From contig NC_134036.1 of assembly GCF_964204645.1 (NCBI RefSeq), positions 10,705,859-10,769,858 of the forward strand: 64,000 nucleotides of DNA, in the 5' to 3' direction. The position numbers and the translations under genes were made by a program. Every line of letters begins with the position of its first letter. Position 1 is the first letter of the stretch. The DNA is from Tubulanus polymorphus. Its lineage: Eukaryota; Animalia; Nemertea. Positions 47,856 through 57,907 of the stretch are shown here, in pieces. The notes under the pieces are model-generated. The model did no database searches. It saw only the letters and a program-made list of their open reading frames with translations, and was not told where the DNA came from.

Positions 47856-50800
47856 CACGACCGTAGGCGAGATACGAATTTTAGAAATTGGAACAATCGA
47901 TATCTTAAAATCGATGGCGTGCGCTGATTGGCCGGGCCGTCTCGCTAATGCTTAAAGATATGGCCGGAGCTGCGTCCGGAAAACTTCGGTAGCTCAGCTA
48001 TTAATTATGGGATTCGAACCGAACGTGTCTCAACTTGTAGACAACATTCAAATCTAGGGAACTAAAGAGCCGATTTCGCGTAACTTCCACCAAATCCGAG
48101 TACGGCGCGCTCAAAGAACCCGGAAGTCAACAGATCAATTTTGTCCGATTTTTGCTCTTCAAAGTACGTATTTTTGACCCTAATGTGCCTTTTATTCAAA
48201 ATCTAAGACTTTAGTTCTCTGAAAAATTGGATAAGCTGTCCAGTGATACCCAATTTATGAGGTATTTTTGCTTCAATAGTGAAGGCAGGACGAATTTAGA
48301 GTTCAAAAGTTTGCAATTCTGAAAAAAAATTTCAGCGCTCGTGGCCTATCGTAATTGATATGTTCTTTTCTGTATATCAAGTGAATATAAGCTTGTCAAT
48401 GACTATTATTTTTCAGCTGATGATTCTATAACATTGATCTGTTGACAATGCCTGTCGATTTTGATGAGATGCCCGTCGATTTTGATGAGATGAAGGTAAA
48501 TTTAAGAAAAATAAATTCAATCATTTTTTATTGCCTTTTCATTTCTCTTTGTATAAGAAAAGGCTGAAATTCAAACGGTTTTCTTTGATTTTTAGATGGA
48601 AGAATCAAATAATAAGCGCAAAAAAGGTTTCAACTTTGGCCACGGCAGGAAAAAGAAAAAGTTTGCTGATAAAATGAAGAGCATGAGTGAGTAATAGGCG
48701 GCTAGGCCCTATACAGACTGCATGAATTACAACTTTTGGCCCATAAAATGTATGATTACTATTGTTAATTCACAAAATAAGTCTGCGGTTACATGACCTT
48801 ACCGACCTGAACCTTCAGTTGCAACCATTTGGCTACAGCAATATAGCCAAGGACCCAATTTCATTCCATTCCCGAGGTATGTCATGTAATTGCAGATACT
48901 TTGTTAAAGAGTAAAGAGGTTTTCGCTGCAGAAATACATTAAGACTTGTTCAGAAAGAGATTTCAATTTCCGTATCCCAGTGTTAACCTCTGATCTTGAT
49001 GCTGTTTCATTGTTCGAGACCATATTTTGTATGAAAATGTTTCTTTTTTTGTGGAATAAAGTGGAGTATAATTATCATTTAAATTGTAACTCTTCTGCAT
49101 TCTTTTTCTTGTTATTTTGTTTTTCTTTCGTCATCGTTTGATAGTCAAAAGCTTGCTCAACCCGGATGAGTTTATTCCAGAATTAGGCCAAAATATGTGT
49201 GTAAACCTGGTTCAGTCGGAATAATTAGGGATATACTATCCGATTGATGCAAATTTGACTGTACAACGAACGTGTCGGCATTCACATCCAGGAAATCGGG
49301 TTACCTACTCAATTTTTGACGGGACCAAAATTTACTGCGGCATGTTTCGATTCATTCGATCATGATTTGCTGAACACAAACTGGAACAATTTCATAGGAC
49401 AAATGCCCCCAGTAAGCAGGATCTACTGTTTCACCAATCCAAGAGGACCAAAGACTAGCCTGGAGTGAAAATACAAAATCAGAATAACCAAGCCATAGAT
49501 AGTGTATACATGTATGATAATATTTATTTTGCCCTAAAAATTTACAACATTTCACTATATACAACGGAGCAACGCAAAGACTGTAAGTACATTATTGCCT
49601 CATTCTTTCATTTTTGTTAAGTTTAGATTAAAGGTTATTACTAATAAACACCCAATTAAGAAATAAAAAAAATACTGTCTTAATAATTTGACAAACAGTA
49701 CAACGTTTAATCATTCATAACATCCAAGATAAGTGCAAAAATCAATAAATATCAAACATTGAAATTTTGGAACAAAATTAAATATACAAACATTTAAGTA
49801 ATGCTCGCTTTATAACCTGATTTGTTGATAGGATCGTGTATCGGTAGTCGTAACAGCGCTAAATCAGATGAGAGTACCAGCGAATCCCTCGAGCTAAGTG
49901 CAATATCATCAGCATCAACTACTATCAATCCCGTTGACTCAGATATTGCAGAACCAGAGTCATCTTATGAGATATCGTATCAGTCTAGTTCAACTCCTAA
50001 AAAACAGCCAGCGCCGCCATCCATTTCCCAAGAAAATGTAGATTTAAAGGAAAAAGTGCGTCAGCTGGAGCAGGAACTTCAAACTATCAAATGTATCCAA
50101 CAGAACAAAAATACGCTGATCATCTGTGATGGAGACGAAGACAAAACAATTTTCAGAGCTCGAAATACATATAAATCGAAATCCCGAGACAACTACAACT
50201 ATTTCATCAAATTTGATGAGCCGAAGATACAATCCTTAGATGCTGGTGAAAAAACTCTTGAGAAGCGAGCATCCCTGTTGAAACTTATAATCCAATTCAT
50301 CTCCAAAGATAAAGACCAATCAATTGAAAATGCTGCCAAAACAATATCGTACTTATTAAGAAAAGACACATCCATTAAAGAAAAGGTTATTTCCCATATT
50401 CCCGATATGAAACCAGCGCGGATGCTCACTGCTCAAGAGTACCTTGAAATCAAAATGCATCTTCGACTGACAATGACCCAGTCTTTGGAACTAGGAAAAC
50501 TTTTACGACTGTACAATATCAATATTTTGCCATCAGCTGACAAACTGCGCGAGGAAATTAACAGTCGATCTGAAGCTTTAAAAAACAATCTTGATGTAGG
50601 TCAAGCCGAAATGATTGTAAATTCGAGAACCTCGGAGAGAAAAACAACTGCGTACGCTAAAGTGAATAGTTTCCGTGTTCAGTTACTTGTAAAAATTAAA
50701 CGTTTGTCTGAAAAAGGTCAACTGTTGTTTCCTGCAGAGGTTCATGGTGAAATATGGATTAAGATTGGGGCGGACAAGGGGGGAGGTAGTACGAAACTTG

Positions 50801-53765
50801 TATTTTCAATTATCAACTGTAAATTGTGCAATAGTACAGACTTTACAGAGATGATCGCGTATTTTGAAGCTGTAGATTCATATGAGAATATGGAGCAGGT
50901 TTTCTCACCAATATTTGATGAGATGAAGACTATCTCTAGTGTAGATATTGTAAATAGTGATGGAAAATATGTAGCCGTCGCGATCCGTTTTTTTCTATTT
51001 GGTGACCTTGCCTTTTTGTGCACATGTATGGGTCACCAGGGTTCAACGGCCAAATTTCCTTGTTTGTGGTGTCAAGTGAAGCTGGATGACCTAAGAAAGC
51101 ACCACGGCTCACCACATTGTCCACAATCGGTGAAATTTGAATCTCGATCAGTTGCCCTCTATAAACAGAATGTAGCAAATCCAGGTGCTAATAATTTAAG
51201 TGTAGTGAAAGCTCAGATGTTTCACCTACAGGATATCGATCATTTAGTTCCTCCTGGACTTCATATCTCCCTGGGACTTGGCTTACTATTTTTCAACATG
51301 TTAGAAAAAAAATGTCAAGAATTTGACAACGAATCTTTGGGGGAACGTGATGAAACACTTTACAGAACCTGGCAAGAAATTTCAACAAAAACATCGGAAG
51401 TCCAAGAGGAACTAAATGATCTTTCAAGTCGTATTGATACGAAATGCAAATACTTACAGAAACTCACTACTGCTAATAGACGTGGTCGATGTGTTGTTTC
51501 GTGTACATCGAAAATTTGTCTAATAAGGACAATTGAGAATCCAAATCCGAATCGGTATATATATTGTATCAAATGTGACGCTCCGTACCATGAGCAGTGT
51601 ATCGAAGATTGTCCAGATTTTGAGTGTGAACTATGCCTTACAGGAAAACAATTGTCGGCCAACAAAATCATCAGATGCATCACTGAAAATCTGGCCAACC
51701 TTAAATCCAGACAAGTTGAGTTAAAAAAGGAATTCCAAAAGAAATCAAGTGAGTTAAATGCTGTGTACAGTAAAGTTCAGGCCCAAATGGGACCTTTATG
51801 TAAGACATTAAATCAAGTCCTGATAGAAATCGGCGTTGATCGTCAAGCGTATCATAGCAATAGTTTTGTAGGGAATCATATTCACAAGTTGCTAAACAAC
51901 GCGGAAAAATTATGCAAAGTGATTCCCGACGAATCGATTAGTTCCTTGTTCCAAGAGTTGTTCGAACGACTACGTTCGCTATATCGATTATACAGCGCAT
52001 CTCGGTTTCTTTCTAAAGACGAGATATCCAATATGACAACACAATGCCACGATTTTGGCCGCTTTTTTACGTCTAAATTTCCCAATGTAAATATCACTCC
52101 GAAAATCCATATTCTAGTATACCATGTTCCCGAATTTGTAAATATGTGGGGAACACTTGGCTTGTTCAGCGAGCAAGCTCTTGAAAGCAAACACGCTAGT
52201 GTCAATCGAGATAATCGGACATTTTGCAGCATACGCGACAATGTTTTACGCTCCAAACTTCTCTTCCAAAACCAGGCCTTGTATGCGACGAAAACATTAG
52301 AGCAACCGGCGTCTGTTCCACGTAAATGCAGTTGCGGCGGTTTCTATAAGAAGTGTCTAGCCGATGGAAAATCTGTAAAGAAATGTAAATCGTGTCAGAA
52401 AATTGCCGAATGATTTTGATGTAACTTGAATTATCTGAGTAAATCACCTGTAACTCTATACATGTTAAAATTCGATAGCAATTGTGTAAATATTTTTCAA
52501 ATTACCTTGAAATATGTGGTAAGCTTTTCTATAAATCTCTAATTGATTGAGTCGACATTACTGATCAGCAGGTAGCTATGTAAGATCCTGAAACGTGAAT
52601 AGTGTACGGAAGTGAACAGACACAACTGTATGGAAATACGGTCAATGTCGTGATAATAAAGCTTTAAATTCTTTTCTCAAATTATGCACTATGCTCCAAA
52701 TCATTCATTTCGAATCAGCATTTTAATAAGTATAGGTGGCAGGTATTACGATCCGTCCCTGATTATAATGAAATCATGGATCATCACCCCTTTCCAGCCT
52801 ATTCCAGCCTATCATATTCACCAGAAAGACCTAACTAGAAAGAGGACTATGAACCCCAGAATCTTACAACGATAGGCCAACAGCCCAGCATTCTAGACGG
52901 CACTTACTTGTAACGTTGATGCTAAACACAGTTATTGACAGTCTTATAATCCAAATTTGCTAGTCGTCAACGGACTTTTGCTCTATAATTCAATGAAGTA
53001 AGGATCATCAATCAACTGAAATGAAAGGATATAAATAAAATCATTATTAGTCTTGTGGAACTACCCCAGAAACTCTCCAGTCAGGAAACTAATGTTTAGG
53101 CCTATCAACTCTTTTTATTGTTTCTTATTCTTATCTTTTTTGAAGTCATAATAGACTACCACAGACAACCCAAACCACAGCCTAGACCCCTTGGCCAACT
53201 AATGATGCGGTTTGAGGTGGCTGTCGATTGATACTTTAATTTGAGGTCAAATTGATTGATTTGAATTGACGACGCACGTACTATTTCACATGGAATTTTT
53301 ATCTTTTGAAGCCTAAATATCGAAACTTACCTCTCATCGTTGGCCATCGCTAGTTATTCATATTCTCTTATAGAATATATGACGTGAATTACTTAGTGAA
53401 ACCATGTTGAAAGCTAATACTGCGCTAAGAACTTCGCGAAATTCACACAATTCTAATCAGCTGACTGCGATGTTTTTCTACCCGCGACCGGTTGACGACG
53501 CAGTGTCGTGTTGGTTACTTCCTTATACAAACATATTGTATTTCAATTATTTTATCATTTCGATGGAAAATATACGGCTAATTTATTAATTGAGAGACAA
53601 ATAAATCAACTTAGGCGGGTATATTGCAAAAAACACGATTTTACGATAACGCTAACGTAAACGACTTGCCCTCAACAGGTGCTCCACAGGTGCGCGGATA
53701 GGTGCTTGCAGGTGCGCGGTTTAAGGTCAAGGTGAATTCGTTTTTCTATTACGCCTACGGTCGTG
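47856..53765 (+). mobile_element. Chapaev-like DNA transposon, copy 2, inserted in the Polinton integrase
   Basis: Same 14-bp TIRs; 4-bp TSD GATT (47852-47855 / 53766-53769). Confidence 0.92.
49822..52413 (+). CDS. Chapaev-type DDE transposase with internal PHD-type finger
   Basis: Differs from copy 1 at two residues (IKLD/IKFD, FQC/FEC). Confidence 0.85.
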   Translation: MLIGSCIGSRNSAKSDESTSESLELSAISSASTTINPVDSDIAEPESSYEISYQSSSTPKKQPAPPSISQENVDLKEKVRQLEQELQTIKCIQQNKNTLIICDGDEDKTIFRARNTYKSKSRDNYNYFIKFDEPKIQSLDAGEKTLEKRASLLKLIIQFISKDKDQSIENAAKTISYLLRKDTSIKEKVISHIPDMKPARMLTAQEYLEIKMHLRLTMTQSLELGKLLRLYNINILPSADKLREEINSRSEALKNNLDVGQAEMIVNSRTSERKTTAYAKVNSFRVQLLVKIKRLSEKGQLLFPAEVHGEIWIKIGADKGGGSTKLVFSIINCKLCNSTDFTEMIAYFEAVDSYENMEQVFSPIFDEMKTISSVDIVNSDGKYVAVAIRFFLFGDLAFLCTCMGHQGSTAKFPCLWCQVKLDDLRKHHGSPHCPQSVKFESRSVALYKQNVANPGANNLSVVKAQMFHLQDIDHLVPPGLHISLGLGLLFFNMLEKKCQEFDNESLGERDETLYRTWQEISTKTSEVQEELNDLSSRIDTKCKYLQKLTTANRRGRCVVSCTSKICLIRTIENPNPNRYIYCIKCDAPYHEQCIEDCPDFECELCLTGKQLSANKIIRCITENLANLKSRQVELKKEFQKKSSELNAVYSKVQAQMGPLCKTLNQVLIEIGVDRQAYHSNSFVGNHIHKLLNNAEKLCKVIPDESISSLFQELFERLRSLYRLYSASRFLSKDEISNMTTQCHDFGRFFTSKFPNVNITPKIHILVYHVPEFVNMWGTLGLFSEQALESKHASVNRDNRTFCSIRDNVLRSKLLFQNQALYATKTLEQPASVPRKCSCGGFYKKCLADGKSVKKCKSCQKIAE

Positions 53766-54057
53766 GATTATCGTTATGTTTCGATATGTTGGAAACGTCA
53801 CACAAATCGGCTTGAAATTGTGAGTTAAGTCTGTACGCGACGGTTTTGTTTCTCGGAAATCGTTTCCGGGCCGGTGCATGTAGGGTGTATACTTCCTGGC
53901 TTAACAACCAATCTTTAATTTGTCTTCGAGAAATCTTCTGACCGTTTACTTTTGCTAGTCTGGTTAGAGTTTGAACGCTTCCAAAAGAACCGGGATGTTT
54001 TGGTGTGAAATATACTTTTTTCAACCACTTGTTCTGCATTTCCGTCAACTTTGTCAT
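53766..54057 (-). pseudogene. Polinton integrase, N-terminal part
   Basis: YFTPKHPGSFGS..WLLSQEVYTLH..FQADLCD; joins HRFILVTID in frame when the insertion and one TSD copy are removed. Confidence 0.9.
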
Positions 54058-54435
54058 TATTATCAATTACGATTGAATTACCTCGACAACAAGAGGAAAT
54101 ACAATTTATTTTACTAAACTTGCAGTTCGACTCTAAATTTTTATCGGCTAAACAGCAGCACAATTTCAATACCTTACTACACATGTTTGCAAATAATTAT
54201 AATAGAGATGTTTACACGCGGTATGTAGCCTTTTAAAGGATCTTATACCAAACCAGGTTCGTAATAAAGAAATGAAACTCTATTTCCTGTTTGAACATAT
54301 TTATATGCCATTAATTTCCGGTTTTACAAATTAAAAAGGGAAAATACCAAAAGGTTCGACAAAATTCCCGATTGAGTAAACTTGGGTTTGATAGAAAATT
54401 TAATTACGCAAAATTAGGTTTGAACATTTTTTATT

Positions 54436-54732
54436 TCAAAAAATCATATAAAGTTTCTTTATAACATACTTCTGAGTGGGTAATGTTTTAGTTAATTTTA
54501 TACAAAATATCGCGCCAACAATTTTACGAAATAGATTACCGGACATATCGAGTTCCTTTAGAATCGTTTTTAAGCTATTCACGTCACTACGTTTTTCGAC
54601 GAAAGTTGTCACCATACGATTGATGTCGTCTAGATAATTTCTAGGTATAAATATCACGTATATGTGTGTCATTTCGAATAATCCGTATAACATAAATCTC
54701 ACAATCTTCTCCATAATCATCAGCATCATCAA
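54436..54732 (-). CDS. Hypothetical Polinton protein
   Basis: ORF packed directly behind the TBP-like gene; no motif recognised. Confidence 0.3.
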   Translation of the reverse strand: MMMLMIMEKIVRFMLYGLFEMTHIYVIFIPRNYLDDINRMVTTFVEKRSDVNSLKTILKELDMSGNLFRKIVGAIFCIKLTKTLPTQKYVIKKLYMIF

Positions 54733-54734
54733 TA

Positions 54735-55288
54735 TTAATACGACTTTATAAAGTTTTTTTTAAAAGAGTCGTGACAGAGAAGGATATTTAAAAGAATGTT
54801 AGAGTACACATCTTCTATAACTCGTTCATTTCTAGCTCCTGTTAAGATGATTGTTCCACCGTTATGTACGATACATTTTATTCCATTTTCCGCTGTATAA
54901 ACGAGTCCGGGAAATATTTCTGGTTCATAACTCGAGCTGCTACCCAGCAAATTGTCAAGAGTTTTCAGAGAAATTCGTTTTCAGTTTTCTTCACAGCCGA
55001 AATAGTTTGTACTTTGAAATCGGAAAATGTAACTTTATATCCCAACTTTTGCACTTTTCGACCAAATTGTCTCGCTGCTTGTTTGTTCCGAGATATACTT
55101 TTCGAACCCGTTATTACCATTTTACCATTTCTAAATAATAAACAAGTTCCATCGACTTTCCGATGTTTCCATATCGCTCCACTGAAATTACGTTTGTTGT
55201 AAATAATGTTACTTTCTGTATTAGCTAAACTAGTTAGATCAATTTCACAGTTTAAGCAAGCCGTTCCGACCACGTTGACTATCTCCAT
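54735..55288 (-). pseudogene. TBP: TATA-binding protein (TBP)-like core, intronless, with a 1-nt frameshift at ~54980
   Basis: Repeat 1: IVNVVGTACLNCEIDL..YNKRNFSGAIWK..TCLLFRNGKMVITGSKS..AARQFGRKVQKLGY..FSDFKVQ. Repeat 2: RISLKTL..SSYEPEIFPGLVY..GTIILTGAR. Confidence 0.9.
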
Positions 55289-55399
55289 TTTAATGACGAT
55301 TCGTGTATAAACGGGTACTCCGTGTAGACAAAAGAAGAGAGCGACATATGTTGTCATTACATAATAATAATGATAATAGTATTTATTGTTAGATTCGTA

Positions 55400-56095
55400 T
55401 TAAAAGAAGATCCATTTATTACATTTGACTTTATTTCGTTTCACAACTTGTCGTCCAGAACCGCGCTGATTGACATCGGACTCGTCATCTACACCGAGAA
55501 CTAAGGCTCTTTTACGCTTAGGCTTCGCATCAATGGTAAGAGAAGTCATTTTTATCATATCGCGTAATTTACCATTATTTACGAGCGTTACGGGTATATT
55601 TAGTATTTGGAACGTTTTGACAAATTCATCCATACCCGGTGCGTTAAAATTGCTCGACTGAACCATTGACGTATATAACAAATCAATCAAATTACTATTC
55701 GGCACTAAAATTCCCTTGAAGTTTATTTCCATACGTTCGTTCCAGTCTATCAAGTGAGAATTATTCTTAAACATACGTAAAATCTGTCCCGATTTTTCAT
55801 GATATCTTTGTGGTAAAAGTTTGAGAATGTTATCAATTTCGAATGGCGTTTCATGTTGATGTTTTTCTTCTCTTTCCGCTTCGGGTTCATTCTGTATTTT
55901 CTCTGGTACGTCGGGTATCTGCGTAGGTGAATCCCTATCTTTCAAGATTTGATGTAAACGTTGATTGTAAACGAAATAATTCTTTTCATTCGACAAAACA
56001 GTTTTGTCGTCGAGTTGTCGTTCTTCTAGATATTCTTGTAATAAGGTCAACATTGATTCGGGTACGATAATGAGTTTCTCAACAGGGTTAGCCAT
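55400..56095 (-). CDS. Conserved Polinton protein of unknown function
   Basis: WNERMEI..VPNSNLIDLL..PGMDEF..LNIP pattern familiar from Polintons; QRGSG near the C-terminus. Confidence 0.65.
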   Translation of the reverse strand: MANPVEKLIIVPESMLTLLQEYLEERQLDDKTVLSNEKNYFVYNQRLHQILKDRDSPTQIPDVPEKIQNEPEAEREEKHQHETPFEIDNILKLLPQRYHEKSGQILRMFKNNSHLIDWNERMEINFKGILVPNSNLIDLLYTSMVQSSNFNAPGMDEFVKTFQILNIPVTLVNNGKLRDMIKMTSLTIDAKPKRKRALVLGVDDESDVNQRGSGRQVVKRNKVKCNKWIFF

Positions 56096-56531
56096 TTCTA
56101 ATTTTGTTTTCGATCGTTGCTCCTATAGCAGCTCCTGCTGCACTAGCCGCTAGACCACCGAGAGCGGGTAATAAAGCCGGTAATAAGAATGGCAAAGAGC
56201 CACCTTTTTGCGAAATAATTTTCCGTTTGTGTTTCCCTGCAAGAGATTTGTTTGCTAGCATACGTATGTATCGTTTATGCTGTTTCAAAACGCGTTTCTC
56301 TTTTGCACTGTGCGGTATATTTCCGACGAGCGAATTCATACACATTTCCGACAAACATTTAATGAATCCTAAAGGCGCATTGTCAACAACTCCTTTTCTT
56401 AGTTTCCGATCAGATGTTGCCAATACGTGTAGATGGGGCGTATACTTTTTAATATTACTATGCTTATCGGGTTTGCGACGTTTCGCGGGTAGTACACTTC
56501 GCGACTTGGCCATCCTTTTAATCATATTCAC
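56088..56531 (-). CDS. Basic Polinton virion protein (PW-like)
   Basis: IKCLSEMCMNSLVGNIP..KRKIISQKGG followed by an amphipathic LPFLLPALLPALGGL segment. Confidence 0.7.
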   Translation of the reverse strand: MNMIKRMAKSRSVLPAKRRKPDKHSNIKKYTPHLHVLATSDRKLRKGVVDNAPLGFIKCLSEMCMNSLVGNIPHSAKEKRVLKQHKRYIRMLANKSLAGKHKRKIISQKGGSLPFLLPALLPALGGLAASAAGAAIGATIENKIRNG

Positions 56532-56567
56532 AACATTATCGAAATCTCGGACAGTTACTTTTAATGC

Positions 56568-57215
56568 TTAAGTTTTTCTCGGTTTATATACAACGTGGTA
56601 TTTATCGCTAGGTAGAATGCGGGTCCTTATACGCCATCTATCTTCCGTGTGAGGTTTGAAGTCCAATAACAAATATCCGTGAGGATTTTTAGTAGCATCT
56701 TTGAACGCGTATTCGACTTCCTTCCTCAGACCGGCTTGTTGCGCTAGAGTTTTTATTTGATTTCTGTCCCTCGCCGACTTGAACGCTATTATATAGTGAC
56801 AATTAAGACTAATGTTTCTGAATTGTCGCCCTTTGGGAAATAAATTTTGAACTATAGTGATCACCGATATGTTTTTATGGTGTGACCCCTTTGTATAAAT
56901 GACCGCTAGATTTTTGTCTGACGCAATTTCATCCATCAAATCATCGATAATTATCAAAGTACGTTGACTACCATCTATATTTTCGTAAATCTCTGATGAA
57001 AATCCTTGAATAAACGTCACCCCTTCATCCTGTAGGTCCGCGAATAACTTCGACTGCGCTTCCCCGTAAAACCAGTAAATTTTCTCTGGCGGTTCGTTTA
57101 TAACTTTTTCTTTGATGATGTTTTTCACGAGTCATGTTTTTCCACATCCGGTGGGACCACTAACTAAGGCGGTCATCGGGTGAATCAAATTTCGAGGGCC
57201 GGTATATTCAGTCAT
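56568..57215 (-). pseudogene. A32/FtsK-like packaging ATPase with premature stop at 57132-57134
   Basis: Walker A GPTGCGKT immediately followed by TGA; Walker B LIIIDDLM; HHKNISVITIVQNLF; PHGYLLLD. Confidence 0.92.
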
Positions 57216-57349
57216 TTAAAAAAACTATATTACACGCTTTTTTCGGGTATATCGAGTATATGTTTAAGTATATCTCTTTTAATGATTGATAAAATGTATA
57301 ACTAATTTTCCGGGGGTTTGTTATATTTTTCAGAAAACAAAAAGAAAAA

Positions 57350-57530
57350 ATGGTGCATTATTGTAAAATTTGTGGAAAAACGTTCGAATACAAACACGTA
57401 CTCGAACGCCACGAAATGACGCATATCGGCAAGAAAGGGTTTAAGTGCTCGTTGTGCGGGAAGGCATTCGGTAGGAAGGATGCCCTGGTTCGACATATGA
57501 AGTCGAGACAACACCGACTATCATCACCCC

Positions 57531-57562
<32 letters not shown>

Positions 57563-57802
57563 GATCCGTTACCGCACGTGTCATCACCCGCAGCGAGTAG
57601 TAGTACTTCAATGACGAATACAAAATCTTCCGAATTCCGATGCACGTGGTGTACCAAAGTGTTTGGGAGCGTAACAGGGTTGAAAAAACACTCCGAAGTT
57701 TGCATTCAAAAACCCAGTACCAGCGAAGAAGAACCGAAACAGAAAAGGAAACGAACAGACGCATACGACGAAATAATAAAAGACGGTGTTACGTTACGAA
57801 GA
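57350..57802 (+). CDS. C2H2 zinc-finger exon (two canonical fingers plus one variant), probably spliced to pPolB
   Basis: [12 protein letters not shown] and [11 protein letters not shown]; phase-0 donor GTATGT at 57803. Confidence 0.75.
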
Positions 57803-57907
57803 GTATGTATCGCTTTACTTTTATAAAGAAGCTATATATTTATAAAATATAAGTTAATGTGAAATATTTTCAATGTTTTAAAACGTTGTAATTCATGGTC
57901 TTTCCAG

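Noticed and set aside
20552-57134. Alternative genetic code or programmed TGA read-through (TGA at 20552, 43007, 57132)
   Set aside because: TAA/TAG stops and frameshifts occur in the same elements, and TGG is used normally for Trp. Ordinary decay explains them.
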